Assembly (NCBI RefSeq): GCF_004010195.1
Contig: NC_057724.1
Span: forward strand, 53,891,520 to 53,955,519
Length of the DNA stretch: 64,000 nt
From: Chiloscyllium plagiosum
Taxonomy: Eukaryota
Reading direction: 5' to 3'
A program made the translations under genes and the position numbers. Each line of letters opens with the position of its first letter. Position 1 is the first letter of the stretch. Of this stretch, positions 13,424-26,567 are shown piece after piece. The notes beneath the pieces were generated by a model that was not told the origin of the DNA, made no database searches, and saw only the letters and a list, made by a program, of their open reading frames with translations.

Positions 13424-13985
13424 ACCAGTTACTTTGGCATTAGTAGTGGGAAAAATGATAGAGTCCATTATAAAAGAGGTAAAAGCAGAGCACTTGGATG
13501 ATAATGACAGGATTGGACACAATCAGGTTTATGAAAGGGAAGTTGTGCTTGACCAATCTGCTAAAATGTTTTGAGAATGTACCAAGTAGAATGCATAAGA
13601 CAGAGCCAGTGGATGTGTTTTACTCGTATTTTCATAAGGTGTTCGACAAGGTCCCGCATAAGAAAAAGGAGAATACACCATTTGGTCCCTTGAAACCTCT
13701 CTGCCAATTTATAAGATTATGCTCGCTTGATTGTGGCCTGAACTTCATTTATTGCATGTATTCCATAATCCTCGACTCCACAGTGAACATAAAATATGTC
13801 TAACTCAACTTTGAATATATTCAATGGCTTCACCCTGGCTGTAAACTGTGGAAGAGAATTCCTAACACTAGTGACTCCTGAGAAGAAAAAAATTGTTGTC
13901 ACGTCCATTTTCAAAGAGTGAACCTTTAACCATAATCTGCATTTATGAATTCTAGTTTCAAGGGAAGAAACAGTCTCACTTGTCA
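13424..13985. mobile_element. CR1-type LINE fragments (sense RT piece joined to antisense 3' end)
   Basis: YRPVTLALVVGKMIESIIK, FMKGKLCLTNLL, FHKVFDKVPH; then the reverse 3' region. Confidence 0.8.
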
Positions 13986-14180
13986 CAATGCTGCAATGAA
14001 ACTGAGCATCAAATGAAGTTTGGAACTTTTTATATTTCCTCTTTCTTTTTATTTGATTAAAAATATTGAAACATTAAGACATTACAACTTTATAGTGGAT
14101 ATCCTAACATAACCTAACATTGAGAGATAATGCTTATTACGTGTATTAATGTAACCAATGATAATTTCTGTCTGATACAG

Positions 14181-14337
14181 GACCATTCAATCTTTGAAAT
14201 TGATGGGATAAATAACAAATGGGATCCTAAGCAAGGTTTTATTCTTCGAAACCTGGAATATATTCCTGGCATGTTGCGATGCAAAACCATAGTCAATAAA
14301 CAACATTTTGAATCTTGTTTTATGATATCCAAGGAAG
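14181..14337 (+). CDS. kdrl: VEGFR exon ~5, Ig2 C-half (DHSIFEIDGINNKWDPKQGFILRNLEYIPGMLRCKTIVNKQHFESCFMISKE)
   Basis: tacag|GAC acceptor, G|gtaagt donor, 157 nt, phase 0 to 1; WD-K-GF motif. Confidence 0.9.
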
Positions 14338-14627
14338 GTAAGTGTTTTCTTTCTTTCTGAATTGATTTCAACCCTCTGTAGGAAATCAAAATGAATGGTC
14401 AGTTGTTCCATCAGAGTCATTAGCATGAGTTTGGTTGATTTTAACTGCCATTCTTCATTTAGGTATCACAGGTCAGTTCTCAATCTTCTCAACCTTTAGT
14501 GCTATTTACAATATGTACTGCATTACTACTTTGGCATTTGTGTTTTGACCAATGAGCAACTGTTTGATTATTGTGTTTTATTAACATTGTTCATTGCAGT
14601 AGATTATATTTTACCTTTTATTCTCAG

Positions 14628-14767
14628 TTGAAGGGATAAACTCTGTGCACCTTAATACCAGTGAAAAACTCAAGGTGTTGTCTGGAGATACACTGTCCAT
14701 CAAATGCACAGCAAAAATGCCTTTGAATGCCAGACCTAAATTTCAGTGGGAGTATCCCGGCAAAGCA
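14628..14767 (+). CDS. kdrl: VEGFR exon ~6, Ig3 N-half (VEGINSVHLNTSEKLKVLSGDTLSIKCTAKMPLNARPKFQWEYPGKA)
   Basis: ttttattctcag| acceptor, GCA|gtaagt donor, 140 nt, phase 1 to 0; absent from the ORF track; CTA..PLN.R...W.YP motif. Confidence 0.9.
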
Positions 14768-15149
14768 GTAAGTTCTGACTTTGGTTGTCTTGATGTACAT
14801 TAACGATATTTTCTAAAAGCTTTTATTAATATTTTGACACAAAAGTTTCAAACGTATTGCCAGTGCAACTTATAGACTAATACTTTAACATGTCTGTTTG
14901 ACATTCTTATGTCTGGTAGTTCAGTGAACAGATAATCCATTTAAAATAAGCGTGTTCATACCCGCACCAAAATATCAAAGGAATGCCGTATGAACATGTT
15001 GAACTTTCATTCACTACCAAGGTCAACACTAATTTCTGAGTTTAAAAATCTTCAGTTCCAAGCAATCTAAAAACCGTATACTTGCCCAAAATTTAATTCA
15101 ATTTTGTTATCAGAAGTCTTTCTCATGTTACTAGAATTTGTACTGATAA

Positions 15150-16800
15150 GTTGATCAGACCATAAAGAAGGAAGGGTACTGTATACTCATATTTGTGGTA
15201 CAAGATGCACTAAATGTCATTTTTTTGAGGATGTCAATAAGGGAACATTCACCAGGTGAACATAGAGGAGGCAAACATGATGTTAACCAATGAATAACAC
15301 TTATTTGAGGAAAGCACACAGCCAGTTTGGAGCGCAATGGTCTAACTGACAATGTCTCTGATACTCACACAGCTGAACATTTATTCAGCAGCAGGAAGTC
15401 TCTCCCAACAATGCTGTTAAATGAATTAACTGAATAAGCTGCTTTCTTGCTGAGAGATTTCTGTCAGTTGTCACTTCTGTTTTTGTAGTATCTATTAGTT
15501 TCTCAAGTTGTTTAAAGTTGCTAGGTCAACAGAAAGCATTTGCTGAAGGACTTTGTCCTGACTTCAATGATGCTGCCACTTGTTCCCTGACATGGACATA
15601 CCTGAATACATTCTCCTTGGATCATAGCATTTCAGAAAGAAGGATCAGAAGTGAGACAAACCTGGAAAAACTGCTGGAAGAGGAAGAAGGAGAAGTTGAA
15701 TATGTTTTCACTGCAGGAGGTTATATTTGCCCAGGGTATACAAGGATCAACTCTCCTGTCTGAACCTCAGTATGAAATGATGAGTAAGACACTTGCATTT
15801 CACTGAGGATCTCCTAATTGAAATTTTCCAACTACAACTGCCAAACCTGCAATCTTAGAGTAGATGAGAATAGCATTTCCAGTGGCTATGATGGTGACCA
15901 TGGTTATAGATTACTAGATGCTATTCTTCTCCTGGACTAGAACAGATAATATTTGCAACTTGTTCCAGTTTATCATCCACTGGAGCATAAAGGCTGTCCA
16001 TAGAGCTCTGTATTCCAAGAGAGCTGAATATGTTTCACTTTCTCTTTCCAGAGGGAAATAGGCAAAGCAAACTCATGACTTTGGTCATTTTGCAGGCCTT
16101 CCATCAATTCTGGGTGCAATTGTCCGCTCATGTATCAGTTTGGGAGATATGTCAGTAAGTGTGGTATACTTTTTTTGGCTGATATTGCTGTCATGCCAAA
16201 TATCCTGTCACAAGTGCAAGCTGTAGGATGCGGATTTGAGGCTGGTAGCAATGCTAAGTGTGTGAGGGATAAGTGAAGTTCTGAATATGATGTACACCTT
16301 CTGATTGATAGAGATTTGTTGATAGGTGAGTGAATATAGATGAAGTGTATTGAATGAGTATGAAACCGCTGATGGCTGTTGATATGATACAGCACTTGAA
16401 GATACCTTCATGACCTTAACCACTTTTGTAAAGTCATTGATTTTTTTTTGTGGCATGGCATCCAAGTCTTTGGGGCTTGACTTCTTGTGCTGACAATGAC
16501 CCCCTATTTGGTTGCATTGCCTTTGCAAGGTTTGCCTGGATAGCCTCCTGACTCCTGTGCATAGGTCACAATGCTCCTCCCTACCACCTTCTCTGCAAAG
16601 ACATCTATAACAGTGACAGAGAAACTTGGAGAAACATTTACTCCTCCTTCGAACCTTCATTCACTCTTGTTTCTGCTCAGTTTTTCTCTCCTAACTACTT
16701 TCAGCTCCTGCTCCAGGCAAATTGCTTCTTCATTTAAGACTTGCTGCAATTTGACAAGCAGCATTTAGCTGGCACATTGCCTGCACCAGAACCAATGGAC
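15150..16800. mobile_element. Decayed PIF/Harbinger transposon relic (transposase on +, Myb/SANT gene on -)
   Basis: Broken + frames PRVYKDQLSCLNLS..HLHFTE, AFPVAMMVT, ALYSKRAEY, FAGLPS..GAI (HARBI1-like); minus-strand LSRQTLQRQ...KKINDFTKVVK (Myb-like). Confidence 0.6.
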
Positions 16801-17040
16801 ATAAGGTAATTATGTACCACAGTACCATGCAATACTCGTTTTCAGGGGAATGTTTAAGTGTTCAAAAGCAACAATTAAAAGTAATTGAATATCAATTGAT
16901 ACTTCACTGTTTAAAATGTGGCAAAGATAGGAAGCCAATGATTGGCTTAAATTTTTTAAGGTGTTGTTCAGGTAAGGAACTCTTGTTTTGTATTGGAAAG
17001 CAGAATTGCAAAGCATAATTTTTTTTTTATTTATTCACAG

Positions 17041-17200
17041 TCTAATCGGAAAACCATTATTTACAAAGCACGTGAAATCACAACTGTGTTTTACAGTATT
17101 CTAACTCTGAAAGACATTCAACGAACTGATGAAGGAACTTACAAATGCCAAGTATTGAATAAAAATATGTTGCAAAACTGGACTACCGTTACTGTCTATG
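17041..17200 (+). CDS. kdrl: VEGFR exon ~7, Ig3 C-half (SNRKTIIYKAREITTVFYSILTLKDIQRTDEGTYKCQVLNKNMLQNWTTVTVY)
   Basis: poly-T tract cacag| acceptor, G|gtaagc donor, 160 nt, phase 0 to 1; D-G-Y-C Ig motif. Confidence 0.92.
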
Positions 17201-17479
17201 GTAAGCTATTGTAGAGCTACTAACACATTTCATTTATATGACCTGGGATAGCATTTATAGGAGTGCAGAAAGTCAACCTGCACCATATCGGATAGTTGTG
17301 TCCTGATTACTGGGTATACAATAAGCTAACATTTCAAATTAAATCTATTCTTCGATCTCATTCAGATTTGGGGAATTTGCTACTGCAATAATTTTCTATA
17401 TCTTCTAAAGACTCAAGGCAGCTTGTCTACTTACTTTATTATTCTGTATTATTTTGAATGACTTCAGTTCAATTTCGCA

Positions 17480-18370
17480 ACTTGTTATTAGAGGCAGTCA
17501 ATATAATAAGAACAAAACAACAGCTTGAAGTTATACAGCAAAACATCCGCAAGGAACTTCACGGACAACAATTTGACACCAAACCGCATAAGGAGCTTTA
17601 AGGACACAAGATTAAAATTTTGGAAAAGTAGTATGTTTTAAGGAATGTCTTAGAACAGGAGAGTGGGAGAGAGGAAAGGAGGAAGGGAATTCCGGAGACT
17701 CAGCTTTGGCAACTGTAAAAATTGGGAATCATATAGATTTGGAGGAATGCAAGGATTCCAATGACCTGTAGAGTTGGAAAAGCTTACAAAGACAGGAAGG
17801 AAATGTCATTTGAGAAAAATGGCTAGAAGATTCAATGTTTGAAGTTCAGGTTGACTGGGCACCACAGTGAGCAAAGGGCTGATGGGTGAACAGAACTAAC
17901 TATGAATCAGGACAAAGGCAGCAGAGCTTACAATGAGCAAATTTACATAAGACCAATGATGGGAAGCTCAATTAAAATGTATTTTAATTGAATAAGGTAA
18001 GAAAGGCCTTGATAAGGATTTTAATACCACAACAACCAAGATGGGATAAAATTGCTCAATGTTATGGAAGTGGAAATAAGTTGACTTAATAATGAACAGT
18101 CTGGTTCAGCTCTGAGTTTGGTGCCAGGGAAAGGGATGGCGTTGTTGGCTATTTTTGAAGTTTATTTCAGGGCCCAAAGTCAATGGCTTAAGTTTTCTGA
18201 ACATTTACCTCGAGTAAATGTTGGTAATTCTGTGTTCAAATAATACAACTAATTAGAAACAATGAGGGAGTTGAGAGGTAGTAATGGAGTAGGAGTGAGT
18301 GTCAGCAGTTTACACACTATGCTTGTGGATGGTGTTGCTAGAGGACAACATTTAGTTTAGTGATAGATCA
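17480..18370 (-). mobile_element. Old L2-like LINE fragment
   Basis: Purine-rich reverse 3' region resembling L2; no intact ORF. Confidence 0.4.
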
Positions 18371-18456
18371 CTAGGGTCCTAAGAGGTACCACATGTAGTA
18401 TGTATTCAGGGTTTGAATCAAGCAACACTCTAAATATAAAATTGAAACACACATCA

Positions 18457-19067
18457 GTTTATTGGTCAGAGCATTGAGTAAAGGAGGTCATGTTGTGGCT
18501 GTACAGAACACTGATTAGGCCACTTTTGGAATATTGCGTGCAATTCTGGTCCCCTTCCTATCAGAATGATATTGTGAAACCTGAAAGTGTTCAGAAAAGA
18601 TTTACAAGGATGTTGTCAGGGTTGGAGGATTTAAGCTATAGGGATAAGCTGAATAGACTGGGGCTGTTTTCCCTGCACCGTCAAAGGCTGAGGGGTGACC
18701 TTATAGAGGTTTACAAAATCATGAGGGGCATGGATAGGATAAATAAACAAGGTCTTTTCCCTAGGGGAGTCCAGAACTAGAGGGCATAGGTTTAGGTAAG
18801 AGGGGAAAGATATAAAGGGGACCTAAGGGCAACTTTTTCACGCAGAGGGTGGTGCTTGTATGGAATGAGCTGCCAGAGGAAGTGGTGGAGGCTGGTACAA
18901 TTATAGCATTTAAGAGGTATCTGGATGGGTATATGAATAGGAAGTGTTTAGAGGGATACGGGCCAAGTACTGGCAAATGGGATTAGCTTAGGTTGGGATA
19001 TTTGGTCGGCATGAACAAGTTGGATCGAAGGGTCTGTTTCTGTGCTCTACATCTCTATGACTCTATT
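18457..19067 (+). mobile_element. HER1/CR1 LINE 3' end
   Basis: LYRTLIRPLLEYCVQFWSP...RLRGDLIEVYKIMRG; tail tctatgactctat. Confidence 0.92.
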
Positions 19068-21204
19068 ACTTTATAAGTTCTGAATAAATTTGCAGGATCA
19101 ATGGAACTATCTTAATTATGAAAAATCCTTACTTGGCTTAAAATCAGCATTTTTCGAATTGTGTTGTAGCTAACTATAGCTTTATTGACTGAGAAATTTT
19201 AAGTCCACTTTTCTTCTTTGTGTTGGATAGCGTATCTTTCCAAATTGGAAGATCAGTCATCTTTTCACCACAGCAAGTACGGTCACTATAAGTGATCAGT
19301 AATTGGCCACTTTTGGGCCTTGATTGGGAAAAGGCCAGGGTGTCAGCCTAGACCTCACCTGTTCCATCATAAAATTGGAGAGAGTTCGGGGCAGATTGAA
19401 GTCCAATGGGAAGTCCAACTGAGCAATGGTACAGCTTCCCACAAGACAACCACTCATCCCCCAACCTCAAGCTGGAAACTGTAGATTGTAAAGTTCTATA
19501 ACCTATAAACAGCATTTAAAAGATGTATTTACAATGGGTAAATTAACGAGAAAGAAAAAAAAATTCCAGGCAAAATGGAATCTGTGGAAAATATAGTGAA
19601 ATATATGTTTATTCAATGTAGACTTATTGGTTGGGGCCATGTCCACCCATGTGCCTGGGTTCACATCTACTGTCAGTTTCATCATCATGTTGGAACAGCT
19701 CCAATTGCTGGAAATTCTCAACAAGTCTGGTAGCTACTGTGGATAGAGAAACAGAAACAAAATACCAGAGGTGTAGAACTCTCTGGGGAAGAGCCACACT
19801 CTACTCAAATTGTGGGCAGTATTTTCATTCTTGATCAGGGGACAGCCCAGAAATCAGACAGCTGAAGCTGTCAATCATGCTGGAGTAGAGCTGTTTAAAC
19901 TCTCCAACAGTTGTCTGGGCTGTCAACCAAGCCTCATGATGTTGTCTTGGTTTACAACCCTGACATCCATTAGCTTGTTGAAACATCTGAGCTTCTGCTT
20001 GACAGCTCTAGCTGTCTGATCCCTGACAATTTCTCAATATTTATTTACACAAGTGTTACAAGTGCCTTGTGATTTGAGATATTGAAACTTTAAAGGGTCT
20101 GGATGATTGACACTGACATTAGGACACAGTGAACCTTTTAAATTAAAATGCAATGTTTTTAATGTTGTGGGAGGTTCCCTTTTTAAAAAAATTTTGTTAT
20201 GCATTGAAACGTTATAATAGATTTTTTTTAAAAATGCAATGTATGGTAGATGAATGGGTATGGAAGTGCCATGGCTTCACATGGGATTTATGATGGATCA
20301 TGGATCATATTTGAATATTAACCTTGGCATGGGGAGCATAAGAAGCCAAGGGAAGGGCTGGACAGAGCATACTTTGACACAGGGGGAACATAAAGAGAAC
20401 GTTTTGTCCTTGCCTTTCAAAAGATTCCCCCATGGAGAATCTGGTCAATTACCCTCTGATGTGCCATGAACCATGATCCTTAAAAAGTCTGTCCCGACTC
20501 TATTAAAAAGACAGTGAAGTAAGACTTGCCAATCTGCACAATGGGGTCAGCAAAATTGGGGGTGGGAGGTGCAAACTCACAACTAAAACCAACCACACTC
20601 CTAAAAGACACTCCTAAAAATTGGAAAACACAAAAATGGAGTCAGGAATCCTGGTATCAGGTAGCCACCACCATTTTACAGGACTCCGGTATCAACCTGA
20701 CTCAGCAGAAATCATTAACTTTATTTCTCATACCACAGGTGCCACCAGACCTGCTGAGTTTTTCCAGCACTTCCTATTTCTTGCTCAGATATCCAGCATT
20801 CGCAGTATTTTTGCTTTCATTTTAATGTGGAGATTACTGCTGAGATGATATAGATACATCATCTTCACTTTCAATACGTTAACATTTAAGATGAATTATT
20901 TTAAAAATTCAATTCCTTAGTACACTTTTACGTCTTTATATTGAAGACACTTTAATGCATATTGCTGAAAAGAAGAAAAAGGATTTTAGCAAATTACTAT
21001 AAAACGAAATATAAATCTCTCAAATTCCTGAGGTTTGTCTGGGTGTCCTACATAACATAAGCATAAACCATAAAATGACAGTGTCAATTCAACCTCACTT
21101 GCATCTAAGTAAAACTGGTTTTGGCCTAAACTGTATTTATTCAGTGTGATTTTATATCATATCACTAGTTTCCTAATAGTTTTATTTTTCTATTCTGATT
21201 GCAG

Positions 21205-21322
21205 ATAAGCCTTTCATTAGAGCAAGGGTAAAAACAAGCAACATTTTGAAAGTAATGGATGGAGAAAAGTCTGTGAAACTATCTGCAAAAGTGAATGCTT
21301 TCCCAGCGCCGGAGGTGTCCTG
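21205..21322 (+). CDS. kdrl: VEGFR exon ~8, Ig4 N-half (DKPFIRARVKTSNILKVMDGEKSVKLSAKVNAFPAPEVSW)
   Basis: ttgcag| acceptor, TG|gtaaag donor, 118 nt, phase 1 to 2; absent from the ORF track. Confidence 0.92.
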
Positions 21323-22236
21323 GTAAAGTCCATCCATTTGATTCTTCCACAAATCCTACTTTTTAATGAGTTCATTTTTTTAAAAATCCTGTTTTTACTT
21401 CACTAACTTTCCCTCATCTTTACTTAAAGGTAGCATAGTAAAGTAAAGGTAAAGGTAGGAACCTTTACTTAAAGGTTCAGTATTGAGTATATTCAAGTCA
21501 GGTCAATAGATTATTGGGTACTAAAATAATTAAAGGATCCAGCAACCATGCAGGAAGTTAGAAGGTCAGCAATGGTCTTGTTGAATTGTCGAGCAGGCTC
21601 AAAAGGCCAAAAAGCCTACTGAAGCTTTTATTTCTCATGTTATTGAAACACACTGTCTCACCACAATCAACAAAGCAGCAGCCTCAGCTTTGTCTTCAAC
21701 AAATTTACCCTGAATTATGAATTTTACTTGAAAAGTTGCAAAGCCAGCCAAATAGGATGAGATCTGGCAACTATACATGATACTTTTCCCAATGCATGAT
21801 TGAGATAACCTCTGGCTAAAAGTAATTGCAAAACCATTTCGCTGAGAGTTTGCCAAAGGTGACAGAAACAAAAACTTGCAAAAAGCTGTTATGACCTCCA
21901 AATGTTCCAAAGTGTTTTATGCCGAATTAAGTTTTTGAAAACTCAGCAAGAGTTCTAATAGTCATCAATGTTGCAACATAGGAAATGTGGCAGTCAATTT
22001 CTGCACAGCCATCTTCCATAAACAACAATGTAATAATGACCAGATAGTTGTTTTCTAATTATATTTATTCAAGGATAAGCATTTGCTAGGATATCAGGGA
22101 TTACCACCCTCCCATCCCATTTTTCTTCAAAGTAGTGCAATTATATCCTGTACATTCCTCTGTGAGGGCAGACTGGGCCTTGACATCTCATCCAAATGAC
22201 TGCACCTCCCCCAATACAATATCCTTTCAGTACAAT

Positions 22237-22552
22237 GGGGTGGCACAGTGGCTCAGTGGTTAGCACTGCTGCCTCACAGCACCAGGGACCTGGATTCAAT
22301 TCCTGCCTCAAGTGACTGTCTGTGTGGAGTTTGCACATTCTCCCTGTGTTTGTGTGGGTTTCCTTTGGGTGCTCCAGTTTCCTCTCACAATCCAAAGATG
22401 TGCAGGTCAGGTGAATTGGCCATGCTAAATTGCCCAAAGTGCGAGGTGCATTAGTCAGAGGGAAATAGGTCTGGGTGGGTTACTCTTCAGAGGGTCGGTG
22501 TGGACTAGTTGGGCCAAATGTCCTGTTTCCATACTGTAGGGAATCTAACCTA
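22237..22552 (+). mobile_element. HE1-type SINE
   Basis: Same A/B boxes and core as the 7742 copy. Confidence 0.9.
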
Positions 22553-24857
22553 CTACACTGCAGCATCGGCCTAGATTTGTGCTGTCAGTCTTTGAATTAA
22601 GATTTGAATGCACAATCTCTCAATGAGGTGGGAATGCTACCAACTGAGACAATTGAAACTAAGGTGTCATCCAAAACAGGGAAACCATGTCAAAACTAAG
22701 GGAGTTGATCACTAAATTGCTCAAGTTGTCTGTATATTTATTTTCTGATTCAAAGTGTTCTTGGTAGCCTAACCACTTTTTTTCAAACCCTAATATGAGA
22801 TAAGTATACGGCGATAGAACTGTTAAAGATATATTAATTGTATTGTTAAAATGAACAAATGAACAGCATTGTTTAACCTAGTAACCTGAGCATTTGTAAA
22901 GACAGACAGCTGGGACATTCAGACTGGTAAGTAGAAGACAGACATATCTTATGTTGCATTTTGTAAATAAACCTGTTATCAAGGAAAAGGATTGGCTTCA
23001 CTTTTTATTCTTTGCAATCTGCTTTGGGAGCCATTTAAGAAGGATCATGACTTCTGATGCTTGCTTTGTTGATAATAAGAATTCATCAGAAAGTTAATGG
23101 GGTCATTAATGTCTCCACATTCTGCAAAAATAGATTTTGTTTGTTTTTAAAAGAAGATCTGTTAGAGAGCTGACAGTCTGCTCAAAAGATAAATGGTCTA
23201 TTAATTTTCAAACAAGGAGCGCAGTAATCTGACAACTAGCGAAGGAAATTCTACCAGATTTACCATCATTCCAGTTATAGATAAAGTGGAACATTTAAAT
23301 ACAGTGAAAATTACTGCTAAAATGTTGATCATACTTACTAAACATCTGACAAAGTTATAGTCCATCTATTGAAAATTAATAAATATTTTTTAAAGACGTC
23401 TTTTTCTCTGAGGTTTTCACCACTAAGCAATCAATCGCATCCCTCATATGACTTTACTAAGCAGAAAAGATCGTGCCATCTTGTAATAAGCATCTTATCA
23501 GAGCAACTTTGTGATTGCACATGGTATGGTCATAGAGGTTTAAAAAAAAGTTACATTGATAGTGTCCCACCCTTTCATTAGAGAGATGCAACTGGTGGTA
23601 AACTTAATCTGAGCATCACCACACCCCAGGTAAGGGGCAAGATTGAGAAGGCAGGACCTTCATGGTTATGCTGTTATGGGAATTGAACCCAGATGAGAGG
23701 GTTCACTCTGCATCACAAAACTGTATTTATGGCAGTTGCCATCCTAAGTCAGGATCACAGTCTTTTTAGGACACTGAGGCATTGGTACTGTTTTGTACAA
23801 GAAGAACATGAAAATACAAACAGGACATGTGTTCCAGCATGACTTCCCTACCACTATGTAGTGCACACTTCCAAGTGAAAGGTTATTGTTGCTGCAAGAA
23901 ACATCCTAAATGAATGGGACCAGCACTTTAGCTGAAGTCTATGTAAGGAAATTGCTATTTGAAGTCAGTTTCCTGTATACAAGTAGGCTCCAGAGATTAG
24001 ACATAATAGCTTTGAAAATCAGAAATAAAACAGTATCAGTTAATAAAAACAGGAATTGTACTTTAGAAGTTACAGTAGATCCTTTAAAGCACTATTCAGT
24101 ATTACAGTTATTATAACTCCATGTGCACAGTCATGCTGCTATTTATGTACTAAAACAAGACTGACTCCAAGATATTTCAGTTAATATTGCAAATATTTTC
24201 CAGTCAGTGAACTGTAAGAAAGACAGTCAAGCAGCTGTAATAAATATTTATTAAAGTTGGGTGTCAGCTTGGTTCAGTTGTTACTTCTCTCACAGATAAA
24301 CAAAGGAATAATAGGAATAAAGCTAAATTACAATGTCAATCCATCGCTCAGTAACTAGATGTTAAATTACTTGTAAATGGCATTTAAAACACTTTCAAAG
24401 CTATGTCTTTGTAAAATTGATTATAGTTAGATAGTTTCTTCATACATTATCAAGGACCATTAACAATCATTTAAAAGACACGCATTCAAAATATATCCAT
24501 TTATGTCCATAAATGATCCAGCTTAACCTTTACAGCCTCCTCAAAGACAATACAAATATGCAAATGTGTGTAAATTATGGAAACTACGAAAGCTGATTAA
24601 TTTACTTTGAAGTGGTTGTGCAGTTTTGTCGGTGGAACCTTTTTCTACTATAATGGTTTTTCTATTAGTGGAAAAACAGTGGAAGATAACACAAAATGAA
24701 ATTTTCTCTTAAACATTCCAGTCTCTTGTACTAATTATGCCATGTAGTGGACAATTTGCATTGCGAAGAACAATGCAATTGAGCAGAAACTTTAGACTGT
24801 AATCTGAGCTTGGTTTAGAGGAACTGTTGTCTTAATAGTTCACCCTATCATTGTTTA

Positions 24858-25072
24858 AAGTCACATGACACCAGCCTATAGTCCAACAAGTTTATTTGAA
24901 ATCCCAAGCTTTGGGAGCACTGTTCCGTCGTCAGGTGAAGTGGCTTCACCTGACGAAGGAGAAGCGATCTGAAAGCTTGTGATTTCAAATAAATCTGTTG
25001 AACTATAACCTGGTGTCATGTGATTTCCTAGTTTGCCCACCCCAGTCCAACACCAACACCTCCACATCATGG
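24858..25072. mobile_element. Palindromic Penelope-derived element with hammerhead remnants
   Basis: Inverted arms centred on TCAGGTGAAG-TGG-CTTCACCTGA; degenerate TSD caccctatcattg/caccccatcactg. Confidence 0.75.
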
Positions 25073-25447
25073 CACCCCATCACTGAACAGACAAAAAAGC
25101 AGCTCATTCAACACAAGTCCACATTTAAGCCTACTCTGGCATTGATTGGAAAAGCTTAGTATCACATTTAAATGATCTTCAGTCTCTTTTTGATAGCCAT
25201 TAGTGACAGTAATTTGAGCATGAAAGGTAGGGAAAACCTAATATCAAAACTTTAATTGTGGCTGGTACTGCTTATCCCTCTAACCCTCTACCACTAGCTA
25301 TTGTTTCACTTCTAGATGAAAAAGAAGAAAGAGTAGTAATATGATGTCTTGCATATTGCTTAGAGTCACTTCAAATCTTTTGTTCACACAATGAATTACT
25401 TTGAAGTGCAATAGCTGCTCCCAGTAAACAAATGTAGCACCCATCTA

Positions 25448-25985
25448 GAACCATAGAGTCATACAGCACAGAAACAGATGCTTCAGTCCAACCTGTTCAT
25501 GCTGACCATAATCCAAAACAAAATTAGTTCCAACCTGTTGTGCTTGGCCCATATCCCTCCAAACATTTCTACTAATCTAAATGTCTTTTAAATGTTGTAA
25601 TTGTATCTGCATCCACCACTTCCTCTGGAAGTTCACTCCACACACAAACCACTCTGTGTTAAAAAACAATGCCCCTCATGTCTTTATTACATTTTTCTCC
25701 TCTCACCTTAGGATAAGGGGTAGCAGATCTAAAATAGATTTGTGAAGGAATTCTCTAATCTGCAGAATTCACTATCTCAGACTGCAGTCAATGCCAGGGT
25801 ACTGAATACATTTTAGGAAGTGAATGACAGGTTTAAATTTGTAATGGGTTAAAGAGCTATGGAGAGCAGGCAGGAAAATCAAATTGACACTGAAATGGGA
25901 TCAGCCATGATTGTAATATATGGCAGAGCAGGCTTGATGAGGTGAATTCCCGACTCCTGCTTCTCGTTGGTGTTTTTATGTTGTT
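25448..25985. mobile_element. Two fused CR1 3'-end fragments in opposite orientation
   Basis: catagagtcatacagc reverse tail, then forward tggcagagcaggc...cctgcttc tail. Confidence 0.7.
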
Positions 25986-26391
25986 CATTAGAGAACACCA
26001 CAAATACCAATGTGATGTATAATAAATTTACTTGCTTCTGGTGATGAGAAAGGTTGGCGAGAACTTTGAGAGACTGCTCTTCTTCAAACCATGTTGTTGG
26101 ATCATTGACATCTGATGATCAGAGAAAAGTATAATGGTGAAACATCTTATCTGAAGGATGGCACTGACTGGTAATATAACAACCCTTCTGTATTGCACTG
26201 AATTGTGGGCAGAAATGGTAAACTCAGATCCTGCAGCATGAAATTCCGATTTAGAACTACAAGTGACACCAAATGGTTGGATTAAGTTGATAAAAATGAC
26301 CATGCAAATATTGAATGTTGCAATTGGGATAAAATACGCAAGGAATGTTAATCTTTATTTCATCTATCTAATTTGTAGTTTTGTGTAACAG

Positions 26392-26567
26392 GTACAAAAA
26401 CGGAAAACTCATTGCACAGAATCAGACTTGCTATATCCGAAACCGCTATTCATTAAAAATAATGCGTGTAACAAAAGATGAGGAAGGGAATTACACTATT
26501 TCAATGAACAACAAGCTACATAATCTACAGAAGAACCTCACCTTCACATTAAGAGTGCTTAGAAATG
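26392..26567 (+). CDS. kdrl: VEGFR exon ~9, Ig4 C-half (YKNGKLIAQNQTCYIRNRYSLKIMRVTKDEEGNYTISMNNKLHNLQKNLTFTLRVLRN)
   Basis: aacag|G acceptor, G|gtaagt donor, 176 nt, phase 2 to 1; GNYTI without the canonical Cys, as in VEGFR domain 4. Confidence 0.92.

Noticed and set aside
21418-21478. 14-bp direct repeat CTTTACTTAAAGGT
   Set aside because: Probably local slippage at the edge of a LINE fragment; no further structure.
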